64,000 bases of DNA, taken from assembly GCA_030427125.1 (NCBI GenBank), contig JAUHXF010000002.1:12248-76247 (forward strand). Direction: 5' to 3'. Source of the DNA: a bacterium. GTDB taxonomy: Bacteria; Patescibacteriota; Saccharimonadia; Saccharimonadales; SZUA-47. The position numbers were made by a program, and so were the translations under genes. The notes below the pieces were generated by a model. It did not search any database and was not told the DNA's origin. It was given only the letters and a program-made list of their open reading frames with translations. Shown one piece after another: positions 31,228 to 42,718 of this stretch (position 1 is its first letter; the number at the start of each line of letters is the position of its first letter).

Positions 31228-32865
31228 ATGGCAAAAGCAACAATATACATCGATTCAGACGAGGACATAACAGGCGTTATTGATAAGGTTGTTTCGGCAG
31301 ACGAGAAAGTTGTCGCGCTAGTACTGCCTAAGCGTGCAAACTTGTTTCAGAGTACTGTTAATTTGAAGCTTATTCAGAAGGCAGCAAAAAAAGCAAAAAA
31401 GAGTTTGGTACTTATCAGCTCCGACCCTGCTTTGACAGCGGCTGCAGCTGTCGGCGGTGTTCATATCGCAAAGACATTAACCTCAAAGCCAGCTGTGCCC
31501 AAGAAAGCTGCAGCTGAAAAAGTAGCAACAATCGATACCGAAGAACTCGATATATCTGATGCATCAGCAGAAGTTGCAGATGAAGATAGTACAGCTACAG
31601 CCAAAGACGAACCTATCGAACTCGATAATACCAGCGCTATTCCCGAAGATGTTGTAGAGAAAAAGGACAAGAAAGATAAAAAGAAATTCAAAATACCAGA
31701 TTTTCGCAGTTTTAAAGTTCGCTCTGCAATAGGGATAGCACTGGTTGTATTATTGGTAGTTGGATGGATATTCGGATTTATCATACTGCCGAAAGCGACA
31801 GTTACTATTGATACGGATACGCAGCGACTTGATATCACAACGGATTTTCGTGCCGACACATCACAAGATTCAATTGATCTCGAAGAGGCTATTTTACCTG
31901 CGACTCTTGTAGAGTACGAGAGCGAAGATAGCGCTACCGTTGAAGCGACTGGTGAAAAAGATGTTGGCGAGGAAGCAACCGGAACACTCACGCTCACTAA
32001 TTGTCGACAGGGTGCTGCTGGCGTGACAATTCCTGAAGGCACCGGTTTCAGTGCAGACGGTAAGACGTTCTCTACGAACTCAGCAGTTGAGCTTGGTCCA
32101 GCTGTGTTTGTCGGTGATGACTGTATAAGCGCAGATTTCCCAGCGTTCGGGGCTGTTGCAGATGTTGGTGTGACGGCGAATGAACCTGGAGAGGACTATA
32201 ATATCGCAGCTCAGTCGTATAATTCGCCTACAAGCGGCGTATCGGCTTTTGGCTCGGAAATGACCGGTGGAACTTCTAAAGTTGTAACGGTGGTCAGCAG
32301 TGATGATATAAAGAAGGCCGAGGATCAGTTGTCTGGTGCTGCAACTGCGGAAGCTTTGACACGGTTGCGCGCAAACTTGCAGGAGCAAAATAAACAATCA
32401 CTTGATGAGACGCTTGAAGAATCGGACACAAAGACAACATATTCAGCGGCTTCAGGTGACGAAGCCGACGAGGTAACTGTCCGTCAGACAGTGGTGTATA
32501 GTTTGCTTGGAGTGTCAAACGACGATCTAAATAGTCTGCTTAACAAGACAATTGAAGATCAGATAAACGATCCAACGAGAAATATACGAGATAATGGTCT
32601 CAGCGGAGCGGTATATCAAGGCATAGATGCCAAGAATGAGAGCGATCAGACACTGCGACTCCAGACTGTCGCAACGATAGGCCAGATATTCGATGAAGAA
32701 GCAATCAAGCAGGATGTTGCAGGAAAGAGGCGTGGTGAAATCGAGGCGCTATTAGGGGCACGCGACGGTGTTCGTGATGTCAATGTAGAGTATAGCCCGT
32801 TCTGGGTGACGACAACACCAAAAAGCGCTGACAAGATAACAATAGTTATTAATGAAGTTGAGTGA
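31228..32865 (+). CDS. bitopic membrane protein with baseplate-J-like extracellular region
   Basis: N-terminal IYID.DEDIT..IDK domain, TM, then ATGTLTL.N...TIPEGT.F...V.A.EPGEDYNI...MTGG, a pattern resembling baseplate J/gp47 domains. Confidence 0.65.
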   Translation: MAKATIYIDSDEDITGVIDKVVSADEKVVALVLPKRANLFQSTVNLKLIQKAAKKAKKSLVLISSDPALTAAAAVGGVHIAKTLTSKPAVPKKAAAEKVATIDTEELDISDASAEVADEDSTATAKDEPIELDNTSAIPEDVVEKKDKKDKKKFKIPDFRSFKVRSAIGIALVVLLVVGWIFGFIILPKATVTIDTDTQRLDITTDFRADTSQDSIDLEEAILPATLVEYESEDSATVEATGEKDVGEEATGTLTLTNCRQGAAGVTIPEGTGFSADGKTFSTNSAVELGPAVFVGDDCISADFPAFGAVADVGVTANEPGEDYNIAAQSYNSPTSGVSAFGSEMTGGTSKVVTVVSSDDIKKAEDQLSGAATAEALTRLRANLQEQNKQSLDETLEESDTKTTYSAASGDEADEVTVRQTVVYSLLGVSNDDLNSLLNKTIEDQINDPTRNIRDNGLSGAVYQGIDAKNESDQTLRLQTVATIGQIFDEEAIKQDVAGKRRGEIEALLGARDGVRDVNVEYSPFWVTTTPKSADKITIVINEVE

Positions 32866-33293
32866 GTTTTATGAAGTTGGACGGTGATATTGTCGGCCTT
32901 GATTTGGGTATGAGCAGAACAGGTGTTGCGCGATTGCATACAATAGCAAAAATTGCGCAGCCACTTGATGAAATCGACATGAAAACAGGAAATTTTGTAA
33001 AAAAAGTTCAACAAGTGATTGCGAATGAGGAAGCGATAGCGCTTGTAGTTGGTTTACCGCGAAACCTGCACGGTGAGGATACAGAACAGACAGCATGGGT
33101 GCGAGGGCAAATAGCAGAGCTAGAAAAGTCGATAGAGGTGCCGCTCTTTGCGACGGATGAAGCGGGTACAACAGTACAGGCAGAAAAGCGAGCGAAGGAA
33201 GGACAGTCAGTTGACAGTGTGGCTGCTGGAGTAATTCTTGAAAGCTTTGTGGAACACGTTTTGCAGGGGAAGGTTGAGCATGTCAGCATTTAG
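32862..33293 (+). CDS. ruvX: YqgF/RuvX RNase H-fold nuclease
   Basis: VGLDLG..RTGVA, VVGLP, DE..TT..A, VDSVAA.VILE. Confidence 0.93.
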   Translation: MSFMKLDGDIVGLDLGMSRTGVARLHTIAKIAQPLDEIDMKTGNFVKKVQQVIANEEAIALVVGLPRNLHGEDTEQTAWVRGQIAELEKSIEVPLFATDEAGTTVQAEKRAKEGQSVDSVAAGVILESFVEHVLQGKVEHVSI

Positions 33294-34332
33294 GATTGGA
33301 GAAAAGTATGAGCATAAGCGACCATCCTGGATTAAGCGAGTATTGCTTGCATCATTGTTGCTTGTCGTTGCTGTGGTTGTAGCTGGCATCTTTTGGTTTA
33401 GGCAGAGTATTCAGCCATTAAACGCAGAAAATATCACATCATATAGCATTATTATTCCAATTGGTGCGACTGAAGCTGCTATCAGTGAAGAGCTTGAAGA
33501 GCAGGGAATAATAAAATCTGCAATAGCATACAGACTGCAGGCCCGTCTTTCTGGCAAGCAGGGCTCAATGCAGGCGGGCGAATATGAGGTTACTTCAGCG
33601 CAGTCAGTCGACGAAATACTGACATTATTTGAAAGTGGGATGGTTAATTCAGAACTTATAACGATACTGCCTGCACAGCGAATCGCTCAAATCGAGCAAT
33701 CGTTTTTAGACGCTGGCTTCACACAGCTTGAAGTGACGGAGGCGCTTGACCCCGACACGTATAGCGACCACCCAATCTATGGGTACATCCCGGCTGGCGG
33801 TAATCTCGAAGGTTATCTCTATCCTGAGAGCTTTCAGCGCACACGTTCAACACTGTTAACAGATATCGTGCGCCAGTCACTTGACCTCATGAATGATGCG
33901 CTTTCTAGGCAACGTATTGATGGTATCCTTGCACAAGGATTGACTGTGCACGAAGGAGTGATCCTTGCTTCAATAATTGAAGAAGAAGTAAGTGATCTGG
34001 ATGATAAACCTATTGTTGCACAGGTATTTTTAAAGCGTTTGGAAGAAGGGATTCCACTTGGGTCTGACCCTACTGGTTTTTATGGAGATTCTCTGAATGG
34101 CGTTGAGGAGAGTATCTTTAACGACACGCCGTACAATACCCGACTCTATGCGGGGCTGCCGCCTAGTCCGATTAGTAATGTTACCGTGTCGTCACTTGAT
34201 GCCGTTATAGACCCGAGCGATACAGATTATCTGTATTTTGTTTCTGGTGATGATGGTACGACACACTTTTCAGACACGCTCGCTGAACATGAAGAGAATA
34301 CCGCGAGATATTGCACAGAATTGTGTCAGTAG
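33280..34332 (+). CDS. mltG: endolytic transglycosylase MltG
   Basis: N-terminal TM, LEGYLYPES, LASIIEEE, SDPT, YNT...GLPP.PI.N, YLYFV. Confidence 0.93.
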   Translation: MSAFRIGEKYEHKRPSWIKRVLLASLLLVVAVVVAGIFWFRQSIQPLNAENITSYSIIIPIGATEAAISEELEEQGIIKSAIAYRLQARLSGKQGSMQAGEYEVTSAQSVDEILTLFESGMVNSELITILPAQRIAQIEQSFLDAGFTQLEVTEALDPDTYSDHPIYGYIPAGGNLEGYLYPESFQRTRSTLLTDIVRQSLDLMNDALSRQRIDGILAQGLTVHEGVILASIIEEEVSDLDDKPIVAQVFLKRLEEGIPLGSDPTGFYGDSLNGVEESIFNDTPYNTRLYAGLPPSPISNVTVSSLDAVIDPSDTDYLYFVSGDDGTTHFSDTLAEHEENTARYCTELCQ

Positions 34333-34367
34333 ATATTTAAATGATTTCCGCATGGAATTGGCATCCA

Positions 34368-34397
34368 TTGACAGGGGTCAGGCTCGTTTGATAGAAT
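34368..34397 (+). promoter_or_regulatory. sigma70-type promoter
   Basis: TTGACA (34368-73), 18-nt spacer, TG-extended TAGAAT (34392-97), upstream of the LysM/CHAP gene. Confidence 0.65.
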
Positions 34398-34504
34398 AAA
34401 CCTCAAGCATCATTTATTGGTATAAATATATGGTGCTATATTCACTGAAATATTCTATAAAAACAAGGATGGTCGATACGTCCTTAAACTATAATTAAGA
34501 CCCA

Positions 34505-35701
34505 GTGAGTAACACGAGACATCGACAGATACAGCCCACTCGTGAGGAGTGTACTATTCGTACGAAACTTCGAATAAAGCGACACAAAAAATCGGTGGAA
34601 AACCCGATTGTTTCGTCAGCTACAGAGACAGCACAAGAGATCAATAAGAAGGTTAAACGAAAGTTCTTTCGCAGTAAGCGACGGGTAGTTCGCAATGGCT
34701 TAGTTATCACGAACCTGTTGCTTCTTGTTGGAGTTGTTGGATTTATCATCTCAACACGTAATGATGAGCCGACTGTGGCTGCACCAACGCTAAATCTGGC
34801 GGCAGAACAAGAAGTGACAAACCCTCTAGATGAACTGTCCGGAGCAGATATCGCGGTCAATATCGCGCAGCTAGTGCAGATGGACCAGGCAACAGCTGTA
34901 CGCAATAACGCCGATTCGGTAAACACGACACTTGATATAGTGCCGAGTGGACGACAAGTTGTCGCAAAGCCGCAAATTGTTGAAACAGATTTAAAATCGA
35001 TTCGCGACCTCGTTACCTACAAGGTGAAAGAAGGCGATACGATTAAATCTATCGCTAAAGACTTCGATGTGAGCGAAAACACTATTAAGTGGTCTAACGA
35101 TCTGTCTGGCAATACGGTGAATGCAGGTGCAAAACTTAAGATTCCACCGGTGGATGGACTCCTGTATACAGTAAAAGAAGGTGAAACAGCCAAAACTATC
35201 GCTGATCGATATGGGGCTAATGAAGCAGCGATTATTGCTTTTAACGACGCAGAAATTAAAGGCTTAAAAACAGGTCAAGAGATTGTGGTGCCTGACGGTG
35301 AAGTGCCTGTCGTGCGACGTACGTCTTCAGCTGTAGCTTCGGGCTTTCGCTTTGGGTCATCGGCAATCTATGGCTACAACGGTTATTCGTACGGCTACTG
35401 TACATGGTATGCTGCCAACAGACGAACAGCTGTTGGAAAACCAATTCCAGCAAACCTCGGTAATGCAAGCACATGGAAAGTCCGCGCTTCGTTAGCTGGC
35501 ATTAGCGTAGGAAGCAAACCGAAAAAACACGCAGTATTGTGGCATCCTCCTCGAGACTACTATGGACACGTTGGGTTTGTTGAGGAAGTGTACGATGATG
35601 GTTCAATCCTCGTCAGCGACATGAACTATCCGGTATGGAATGGCGTGACGACACGTAAGTTGTCGCCAGCTCAAGCCGCCGCGTATCAGTACATCTATTA
35701 G
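34505..35701 (+). CDS. LysM + CHAP peptidoglycan hydrolase
   Basis: TM, two LysM repeats (YKVKEGDTI..IA; YTVKEGETA..IA), CHAP motifs YGYCTWYA, LGNA..W, YGHV.FVE. Confidence 0.9.
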   Translation: MSNTRHRQIQPTREECTIRTKLRIKRHKKSVENPIVSSATETAQEINKKVKRKFFRSKRRVVRNGLVITNLLLLVGVVGFIISTRNDEPTVAAPTLNLAAEQEVTNPLDELSGADIAVNIAQLVQMDQATAVRNNADSVNTTLDIVPSGRQVVAKPQIVETDLKSIRDLVTYKVKEGDTIKSIAKDFDVSENTIKWSNDLSGNTVNAGAKLKIPPVDGLLYTVKEGETAKTIADRYGANEAAIIAFNDAEIKGLKTGQEIVVPDGEVPVVRRTSSAVASGFRFGSSAIYGYNGYSYGYCTWYAANRRTAVGKPIPANLGNASTWKVRASLAGISVGSKPKKHAVLWHPPRDYYGHVGFVEEVYDDGSILVSDMNYPVWNGVTTRKLSPAQAAAYQYIY

Positions 35702-37003
<1,302 letters not shown>

Positions 37004-37005
37004 TC

Positions 37006-38439
37006 ATGGCTGATTTGCTCAAGGATCGAATCACGCAGCTACAGTCATCAGACAACGAAGGTAAATGCGTCCTGTACGTCATGAGTAGAGACCAGCGAGT
37101 GAAGGATAACCATGCCTTGCTCTGTGCACAGAAGCACGCGCTTGCCAAGAAGCTGCCGCTTGCGGTAGTGTTCGTACTTCACGACAAGGTTGGTGTTCGT
37201 GCGCGTGAGCATTTTAATTTCATGATTGATGGCTTGCATGAGGTAGAAAGCAGTCTATCGAAGTTAAACATTCCATTTATGATGCTTATCGGAAACCCTA
37301 AAGACCGTTTATCGGCAACTTTCGGTCATCTTAACCCAGAAGCGGTGTATTTCGACTTCAATCCGTTGCGTGGTCCGGTCAATCTACAGAAAGAAATTGC
37401 CAAGGAGCTTTCTTGTAAGGTATTTGTTGTTGATACACATAATGTTGTTCCGGCGAGGATAGTCAGCGACAAAAAAGAAGTAGGCGCATACACAATTCGT
37501 CCTAAGCTGCACAAGAAACTTGCAGAGTATCTTGTCGAGCCTGAGGAAATGACGAGGCATCCACATGCATGGCCTGGAGTTGTTAAGTCAATCGATGAAC
37601 TTGAAGAGATGATTAAAGAGGTGCTTGAAAAGCAGCCAAATAATCGTACCAAGCTAGCATTTACCGCTGGAGAGTCTGCAGCAGCCAAACACCTCCAGCA
37701 GTTTATTGATAAAAAACTAGAGCGTTATGCTGTTGACCGTAATGATCCGTCGAGCGGCTCTCAGTCTGATTTGAGCCCGTATTTGCACTTTGGCCAAATA
37801 GCAGCACTACGTGTCGCGTTGGAGCTGCAAGTAGTAGCACGAGGGCGCGACAACGAATTGCATCTTCTTGAATCACCTAAAATGCCTAAACCTGAACATG
37901 CAGAAACAACACAACAACACGGCGTAGATAGTCTGATTGAAGAAATGGTTGTTCGCAAGGAGCTGGCTGACAATTATTGCTTATACGAAAACAACTACGA
38001 TAACTTAGATGCAGCTGCTGAGTGGGCTCGAAAATCACTAGATGCTCATCGGGACGATCCACGAGAATTTATATACAGCAAAGAAGAGCTTGAGCAGGCG
38101 AAAACACACGACGAGGCGTGGAATGCGGCCCAGCGACAGCTCACGAGCAGCGGTAAAATGCACGGCTATATGCGGATGTATTGGGCGAAGAAAGTACTAG
38201 AGTGGACTGAGAGTCCGGAGGAGGCCATAGAGACACTAGTGTATTTGAACGACCACTACTCGGTCGATGGGGGTGACCCGAACGGCTACGCAGGGATTCT
38301 ATGGTCAGTTGCTGGTGTTCATGATCGACCGTGGCAGGAGCGAGAAGTGTTCGGTGTGATTCGCTACATGAATTATGGTGGGTTGAAGCGTAAATTTGAT
38401 ATAGCTACCTACATTGACCAGTGGAAAAACAACGCATAA
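37006..38439 (+). CDS. phr: deoxyribodipyrimidine photolyase, class II
   Basis: YVMSRDQRVKDNHAL, VDTHNVVP, SDLSPYLHFGQ, RKELADN, GKMHGYMRMYWAKK, DGGDPNGY, IRYMN are class II CPD photolyase motifs. Confidence 0.93.
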   Translation: MADLLKDRITQLQSSDNEGKCVLYVMSRDQRVKDNHALLCAQKHALAKKLPLAVVFVLHDKVGVRAREHFNFMIDGLHEVESSLSKLNIPFMMLIGNPKDRLSATFGHLNPEAVYFDFNPLRGPVNLQKEIAKELSCKVFVVDTHNVVPARIVSDKKEVGAYTIRPKLHKKLAEYLVEPEEMTRHPHAWPGVVKSIDELEEMIKEVLEKQPNNRTKLAFTAGESAAAKHLQQFIDKKLERYAVDRNDPSSGSQSDLSPYLHFGQIAALRVALELQVVARGRDNELHLLESPKMPKPEHAETTQQHGVDSLIEEMVVRKELADNYCLYENNYDNLDAAAEWARKSLDAHRDDPREFIYSKEELEQAKTHDEAWNAAQRQLTSSGKMHGYMRMYWAKKVLEWTESPEEAIETLVYLNDHYSVDGGDPNGYAGILWSVAGVHDRPWQEREVFGVIRYMNYGGLKRKFDIATYIDQWKNNA

Positions 38440-38539
38440 AAGTGAGCGCCTTTGTTTTGAGTAAAGGTGCCTGGTGGTTGAAGGTACATAACGAATCGAC
38501 TATGCTAAAGGTAATTAACTCTAGGCGGCAAAGTAACGA

Positions 38540-39491
38540 ATGAGCTCATCAAGAAAACAAAAAGCGCACGCAATATCACAGGAAATTAATCTAGGGGCCA
38601 GTTTTTCTGTCATTAGTTGTCAAAATTATCAGATAGATATGGAAAAAGCGCTAGAGTCGACGATTAGACTCGGTATTAAACGTTTCAGAATAATGAGTTA
38701 CTGGAACATTTACGAACCAGAACAGGGTAATATTGATTTCACGCAGCTTGACCAGCAGATAGCCATATTGAAGAAGAATAACTGCCGCGCTACACTCACC
38801 ATCGGCATGCGTCAGCCGCGATGGCCAGAAACGCACATTCCAGAGTGGGCAAAGCAACTCACCCACGACGAAACTGTCGCAGCCTACATGATATTTCACC
38901 AAGCTGTAATTGAGCGTTATAAAGACGAAGAAATAATCGAAAGTTGGCAGCTGGAGAATGAGTTTTGGCTTCGAAGCTTCGGGATAAACTTTGACTATTC
39001 ACGCAAACGTCTGGTAGAAGAGTTTAATATGATTCGTGAGCTTGACCCAGAGCGTCCAATTATTATGTCGACTGCGCAGTTTTTGAGCCTGCCCCTGTTT
39101 CGACCAACGCCAGATATTTTCGCCACCAGCATATACCGCGTGATTTATAACAATAAAAAAACAAGCTTATACCACGACCTGGATTTCGCCATGGATGTAC
39201 AAGCTGAAGGCTTTTTTAATTCAGCTAACCAAATGGCGAGCGTATATTAACCATGAGCTACAGGCTGAGCCGTGGGGTCCGAAGGCAAACTGGGAGATGT
39301 CTATCGAGGAGCAGAATAAGTCAATGAATCCTGAAAATATCAAGAAAGCGGTAGCATACGCTAATCAAGCAGGCATGAAGTACAAAGACCTCTGGGGGGC
39401 AGAGTGGTGGTATTGGCGAGCCACAAAGTACAACGACCCTAGCTTGCAGAACACGGTAAAAGAACTAGTAAGTCAGGCGGGGAATGCATAG
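38540..39491 (+). pseudogene. clan-A glycoside hydrolase-like gene split by a one-base frameshift
   Basis: ORF1 has YWNIYEP..G..DF..LD, PRWPE, WQLENE; ORF2 has HELQAEPWG, DLWGAEWW. Removing one A from the A7 run at 39155-39161 joins them. Confidence 0.75.
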
Positions 39492-40911
39492 TTTTTATTT
39501 TTATGATTTAGAAACAAGTAGCGGTAGTCCGCGGACTGGTCGTATTATGCAATTTGCTGGGCAGCGTACGAATGAAGACCTCGAGCCAATAGGCGAGCCT
39601 GACAACATCTTAGTTAAGTTAGCCGATGATGTCTTGCCTGAACCAGATGCGATTTTGGTGCATGGGATTACCCCGCAAAAAACGTTAGAAGAAGGCATAA
39701 CCGAGGCTGAGATGGCCGAGTATTTTTATACGAAGATTGCTACTCCTGGAACTGTTTTTGTCGGCTACAATAACCTGCGTTTTGATGACGAGTTCATGCG
39801 TTATCTTTTTTATCGAACATTTTACGAGCCGTATGAATGGCATTGGAAAGATGACCGTGGGCGATGGGATTTACTCGATGCCATGCGTATGATGCGAGCT
39901 TTACGACCAGAGGGTTTACAATGGCCGATGCTCAAGGATAAACCGACGGTAAAGCTAGAGTTAATGGCCAAAGAGAATGGATTTCTTCACGAAAACGCTC
40001 ATGATGCTCTTAGTGATGTACTAGCATTGATTCAGCTCGCTAAGGCCTTTAAGACCGCCCAGCCTAAACTGTTTAGCTATCTATTATCGATAAAAAACAA
40101 GCGCGACGCCGCCAAGCTTGTCGAATCTGGTGAGCCGTTTATATACACATCAGGTCGTTACTCGAGTGAATTCGACAAAACAACAGTTGTGAAAATGGTG
40201 TTGCGTCATCCTCGGCGTGATGCAGCTATTGTGTATGATCTACGTCATGACCCTACAGAGTGGGTGGATAAATCACCCGAAGAACTGGTGAAGCATTGGT
40301 CGGTTAGGTATGGTGACGACACGAAGCCGCTGCCTGTGAAGACCATGCAGTACAATCATTGTCCGGCTATTGCGCCATTGGTGGTTCTCGATGATGATAG
40401 TAAAAAACGAATTGGCTATGATGATTCATTCGATAAACACCAGAGAATACTCGAAGAAAATCCCAAGTTTCTAGAGAATCTAGAAAAGGCGTTGGATATA
40501 ATGGAGGATGCTCAGCAATCATCTCTGCCGCTTAACGATGATGTGGACACGCAGCTGTATGATGGATTCTGGGGCGATAGAGACCGAGCTGACCTAGTAA
40601 AAATTCGTCAAACAGATCCGAGTGAACTTGGCTCCCTCATGGAAGATCTCAAGAATAAACGGCTTCGGCGCATGCTGCCATTGTATAAGGCTAGGAATTT
40701 CCCAAAGCAACTATCAGGTGATGAACGTATTGCGTGGGAGAAGCATCGTCGAAAAGTGATGCTTGAAGGTGGTGAGTCATCGAAGCTAGCCAAAGTTATG
40801 AGCCGTATGCAGACGATTGCTAAAGACAGAAAATTAAGCTCTGATGAAGAATATCTATTATCAGAACTGCAACTCTACATAGAAAGCATCATCCCTGAGC
40901 CTGATATGTAG
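39484..40911 (+). CDS. sbcB: exodeoxyribonuclease I
   Basis: FYDLETS, QFAGQRT, GITPQ, GYNNLRFDDE, RALRPEG, AHDALSDV, YKARNFP. Confidence 0.93.
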   Translation: MHSFYFYDLETSSGSPRTGRIMQFAGQRTNEDLEPIGEPDNILVKLADDVLPEPDAILVHGITPQKTLEEGITEAEMAEYFYTKIATPGTVFVGYNNLRFDDEFMRYLFYRTFYEPYEWHWKDDRGRWDLLDAMRMMRALRPEGLQWPMLKDKPTVKLELMAKENGFLHENAHDALSDVLALIQLAKAFKTAQPKLFSYLLSIKNKRDAAKLVESGEPFIYTSGRYSSEFDKTTVVKMVLRHPRRDAAIVYDLRHDPTEWVDKSPEELVKHWSVRYGDDTKPLPVKTMQYNHCPAIAPLVVLDDDSKKRIGYDDSFDKHQRILEENPKFLENLEKALDIMEDAQQSSLPLNDDVDTQLYDGFWGDRDRADLVKIRQTDPSELGSLMEDLKNKRLRRMLPLYKARNFPKQLSGDERIAWEKHRRKVMLEGGESSKLAKVMSRMQTIAKDRKLSSDEEYLLSELQLYIESIIPEPDM

Positions 40912-40913
40912 CT

Positions 40914-41102
40914 TTAAAGTGCTATTTCTTCGATGTTGTTTCGTAAAGATACTATAAGATTGCGAGTGTCGCGAATAGTATTGCGAATGAGCACTAAAAG
41001 CCCTATGGAGACCAGTAATCCTGCTGCAATGAATATAATCATATCGAACGTCACCTGAAAGTCGGTGCCTGGTATATATCCTGATACGATGAAGTAGAAC
41101 AT
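40914..41102 (-). CDS. small membrane protein
   Basis: GGAGG RBS on the minus strand; GYIPGTDFQVTF followed by a TM. Confidence 0.6.
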   Translation of the reverse strand: MFYFIVSGYIPGTDFQVTFDMIIFIAAGLLVSIGLLVLIRNTIRDTRNLIVSLRNNIEEIAL

Positions 41103-41194
41103 TGAGCCTCCAAAATAAAAAAGGGCTCACACGGCATGTGCGAACCCTCACTTTCTTTACTATACAGTATCACATATTTAAAGAAAAAGCAACA

Positions 41195-41620
41195 TTATTT
41201 ATTTCCAAATTTTCTTAGCTGATCATTTATCCAGTCAAGGCGTCCTCTGTTGAACATGAACAGCGTTGTGGCGCCTGCGTTAAATAATAGCCCAAGAATT
41301 GTGTACCAGAACGAATCTCCCAATGTATCTACCCAAAGACCAAAGACAAAGACTCCTGCAAGCCCTATGTCCCATGCCCATTTAATCCAGAAATTATCAG
41401 GAAAGAATATTTTTATGAGATTATCTCCATGTTTCTTCACGAAAATAATGGCGTCGTCTGCCCAGTCGTGATTAACAGCCAGCAGGCCAAACCCCGCTAA
41501 CAATAAGGGAATGCCTCCAGGTCCGGGCAGCGGACCGAGAAAAGGTACAAGAATGAGGCATGTGATACCCGCTAAATCGTACAAGAACACTTTCCACAAT
41601 GGATTTTTGCGTTTGCTCAT
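41195..41620 (-). CDS. membrane protein (PGPG-motif family-like)
   Basis: LGPLPGPGGIPLLLAGFGLLA...WA and about four hydrophobic segments. Confidence 0.7.
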   Translation of the reverse strand: MSKRKNPLWKVFLYDLAGITCLILVPFLGPLPGPGGIPLLLAGFGLLAVNHDWADDAIIFVKKHGDNLIKIFFPDNFWIKWAWDIGLAGVFVFGLWVDTLGDSFWYTILGLLFNAGATTLFMFNRGRLDWINDQLRKFGNK

Positions 41621-41729
41621 ATAGGAATAGTATAGTGCAAGCCCAATACGTACACCTAAATTTTTACGAAGTGGTCGGCATGAAAAACGTAACTTGTTAT
41701 TTTTTGGGTATCTATATAAAATTTTAGAA

Positions 41730-42680
41730 ATGGGAAACTTTCATGTCGGTCAAGCAAGGCGTGGTCTGTACTCGGGTAATCGAGTCAGGTCAGCCGCACC
41801 TCCTTCTAGAGAGAGGCTGTTTGGTATGCAGGACGAATCACTTGAGTTGCCGGACTCAGTTCCAATTACACAGCGAACGGCCTCATCGTCTGCAAGTCGA
41901 GGTCGTGGTTTTACTGTCGCGAACTTCAGTGTTGTCAGGCCTTTATTTCAAACAGATGAACTTGCTGCATATCATGCCGAAGTGTCTGATTATTTTAGTG
42001 GAAAGCAGTTTAAAGTACGTAAGCTAGAAAGATGGGCGTTACAGATTGTACCGAGACGAGATTTTGTATATTCATTTATTGATGCGGACGTGCAGCCAGA
42101 CCCACGAGATGTCTATGTAGCATCACGAAGTGTTGTTAGTAGCGTCAGAAAGGTGGTAAAGGGTCTGGAGCGAAAAATTACCATGGACCCCGGTGACATA
42201 GGCACCTTCACTCAAGAGAGACGTACAATTGGGCTTGGAAGTCTCGGGTGGATGGGTTTCCGTCAAGACTATCCAAGAAAAAACTCAGATAATACAGCAA
42301 ATGTTAATCATTATTTAAGAGCCGAAGCAAGTGTTGCGGTTGGTGATGTGGTACAAACACTCTCGAATGGTATCGACAGCACTGGCAATCCGACTCAAGT
42401 TAACTTTGGTCGACTGTTTGGCCTGACGCCACATATTGCCATGGCCGATAAGAGAGGGCAGCAGCCGGTTACTGCTCGTGAAGCTGAAAAAATATCGCAT
42501 GATTTACGTGAGCTAGGCCCGCCTCCAATAGAGCTCTATGACCCAGTTATTGATTACGATATAGGTACGAGTGACGCATTACTAGACCTTGGCGGAGAAA
42601 TAGTAAAAGTTCCTGGGTACGATACAGTTAGGCGGCCAAAAACAAGAGACTTTAATAACCTTACGGTCTTACCGTTCTAA
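41730..42680 (+). CDS. hypothetical protein (ORFan-like)
   Basis: Long ORF filling the gap before uvrA; no confident motif. Confidence 0.55.
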   Translation: MGNFHVGQARRGLYSGNRVRSAAPPSRERLFGMQDESLELPDSVPITQRTASSSASRGRGFTVANFSVVRPLFQTDELAAYHAEVSDYFSGKQFKVRKLERWALQIVPRRDFVYSFIDADVQPDPRDVYVASRSVVSSVRKVVKGLERKITMDPGDIGTFTQERRTIGLGSLGWMGFRQDYPRKNSDNTANVNHYLRAEASVAVGDVVQTLSNGIDSTGNPTQVNFGRLFGLTPHIAMADKRGQQPVTAREAEKISHDLRELGPPPIELYDPVIDYDIGTSDALLDLGGEIVKVPGYDTVRRPKTRDFNNLTVLPF

Positions 42681-42718
42681 CTTACTGCGCGTCGGGATTT
42701 TTGGTATAATAGCAGTTC

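Noticed and set aside
42420..42450. 2H-phosphoesterase call for 41730-42680 from TPHIAM
   Set aside because: Only one imperfect HxT-like motif; insufficient.
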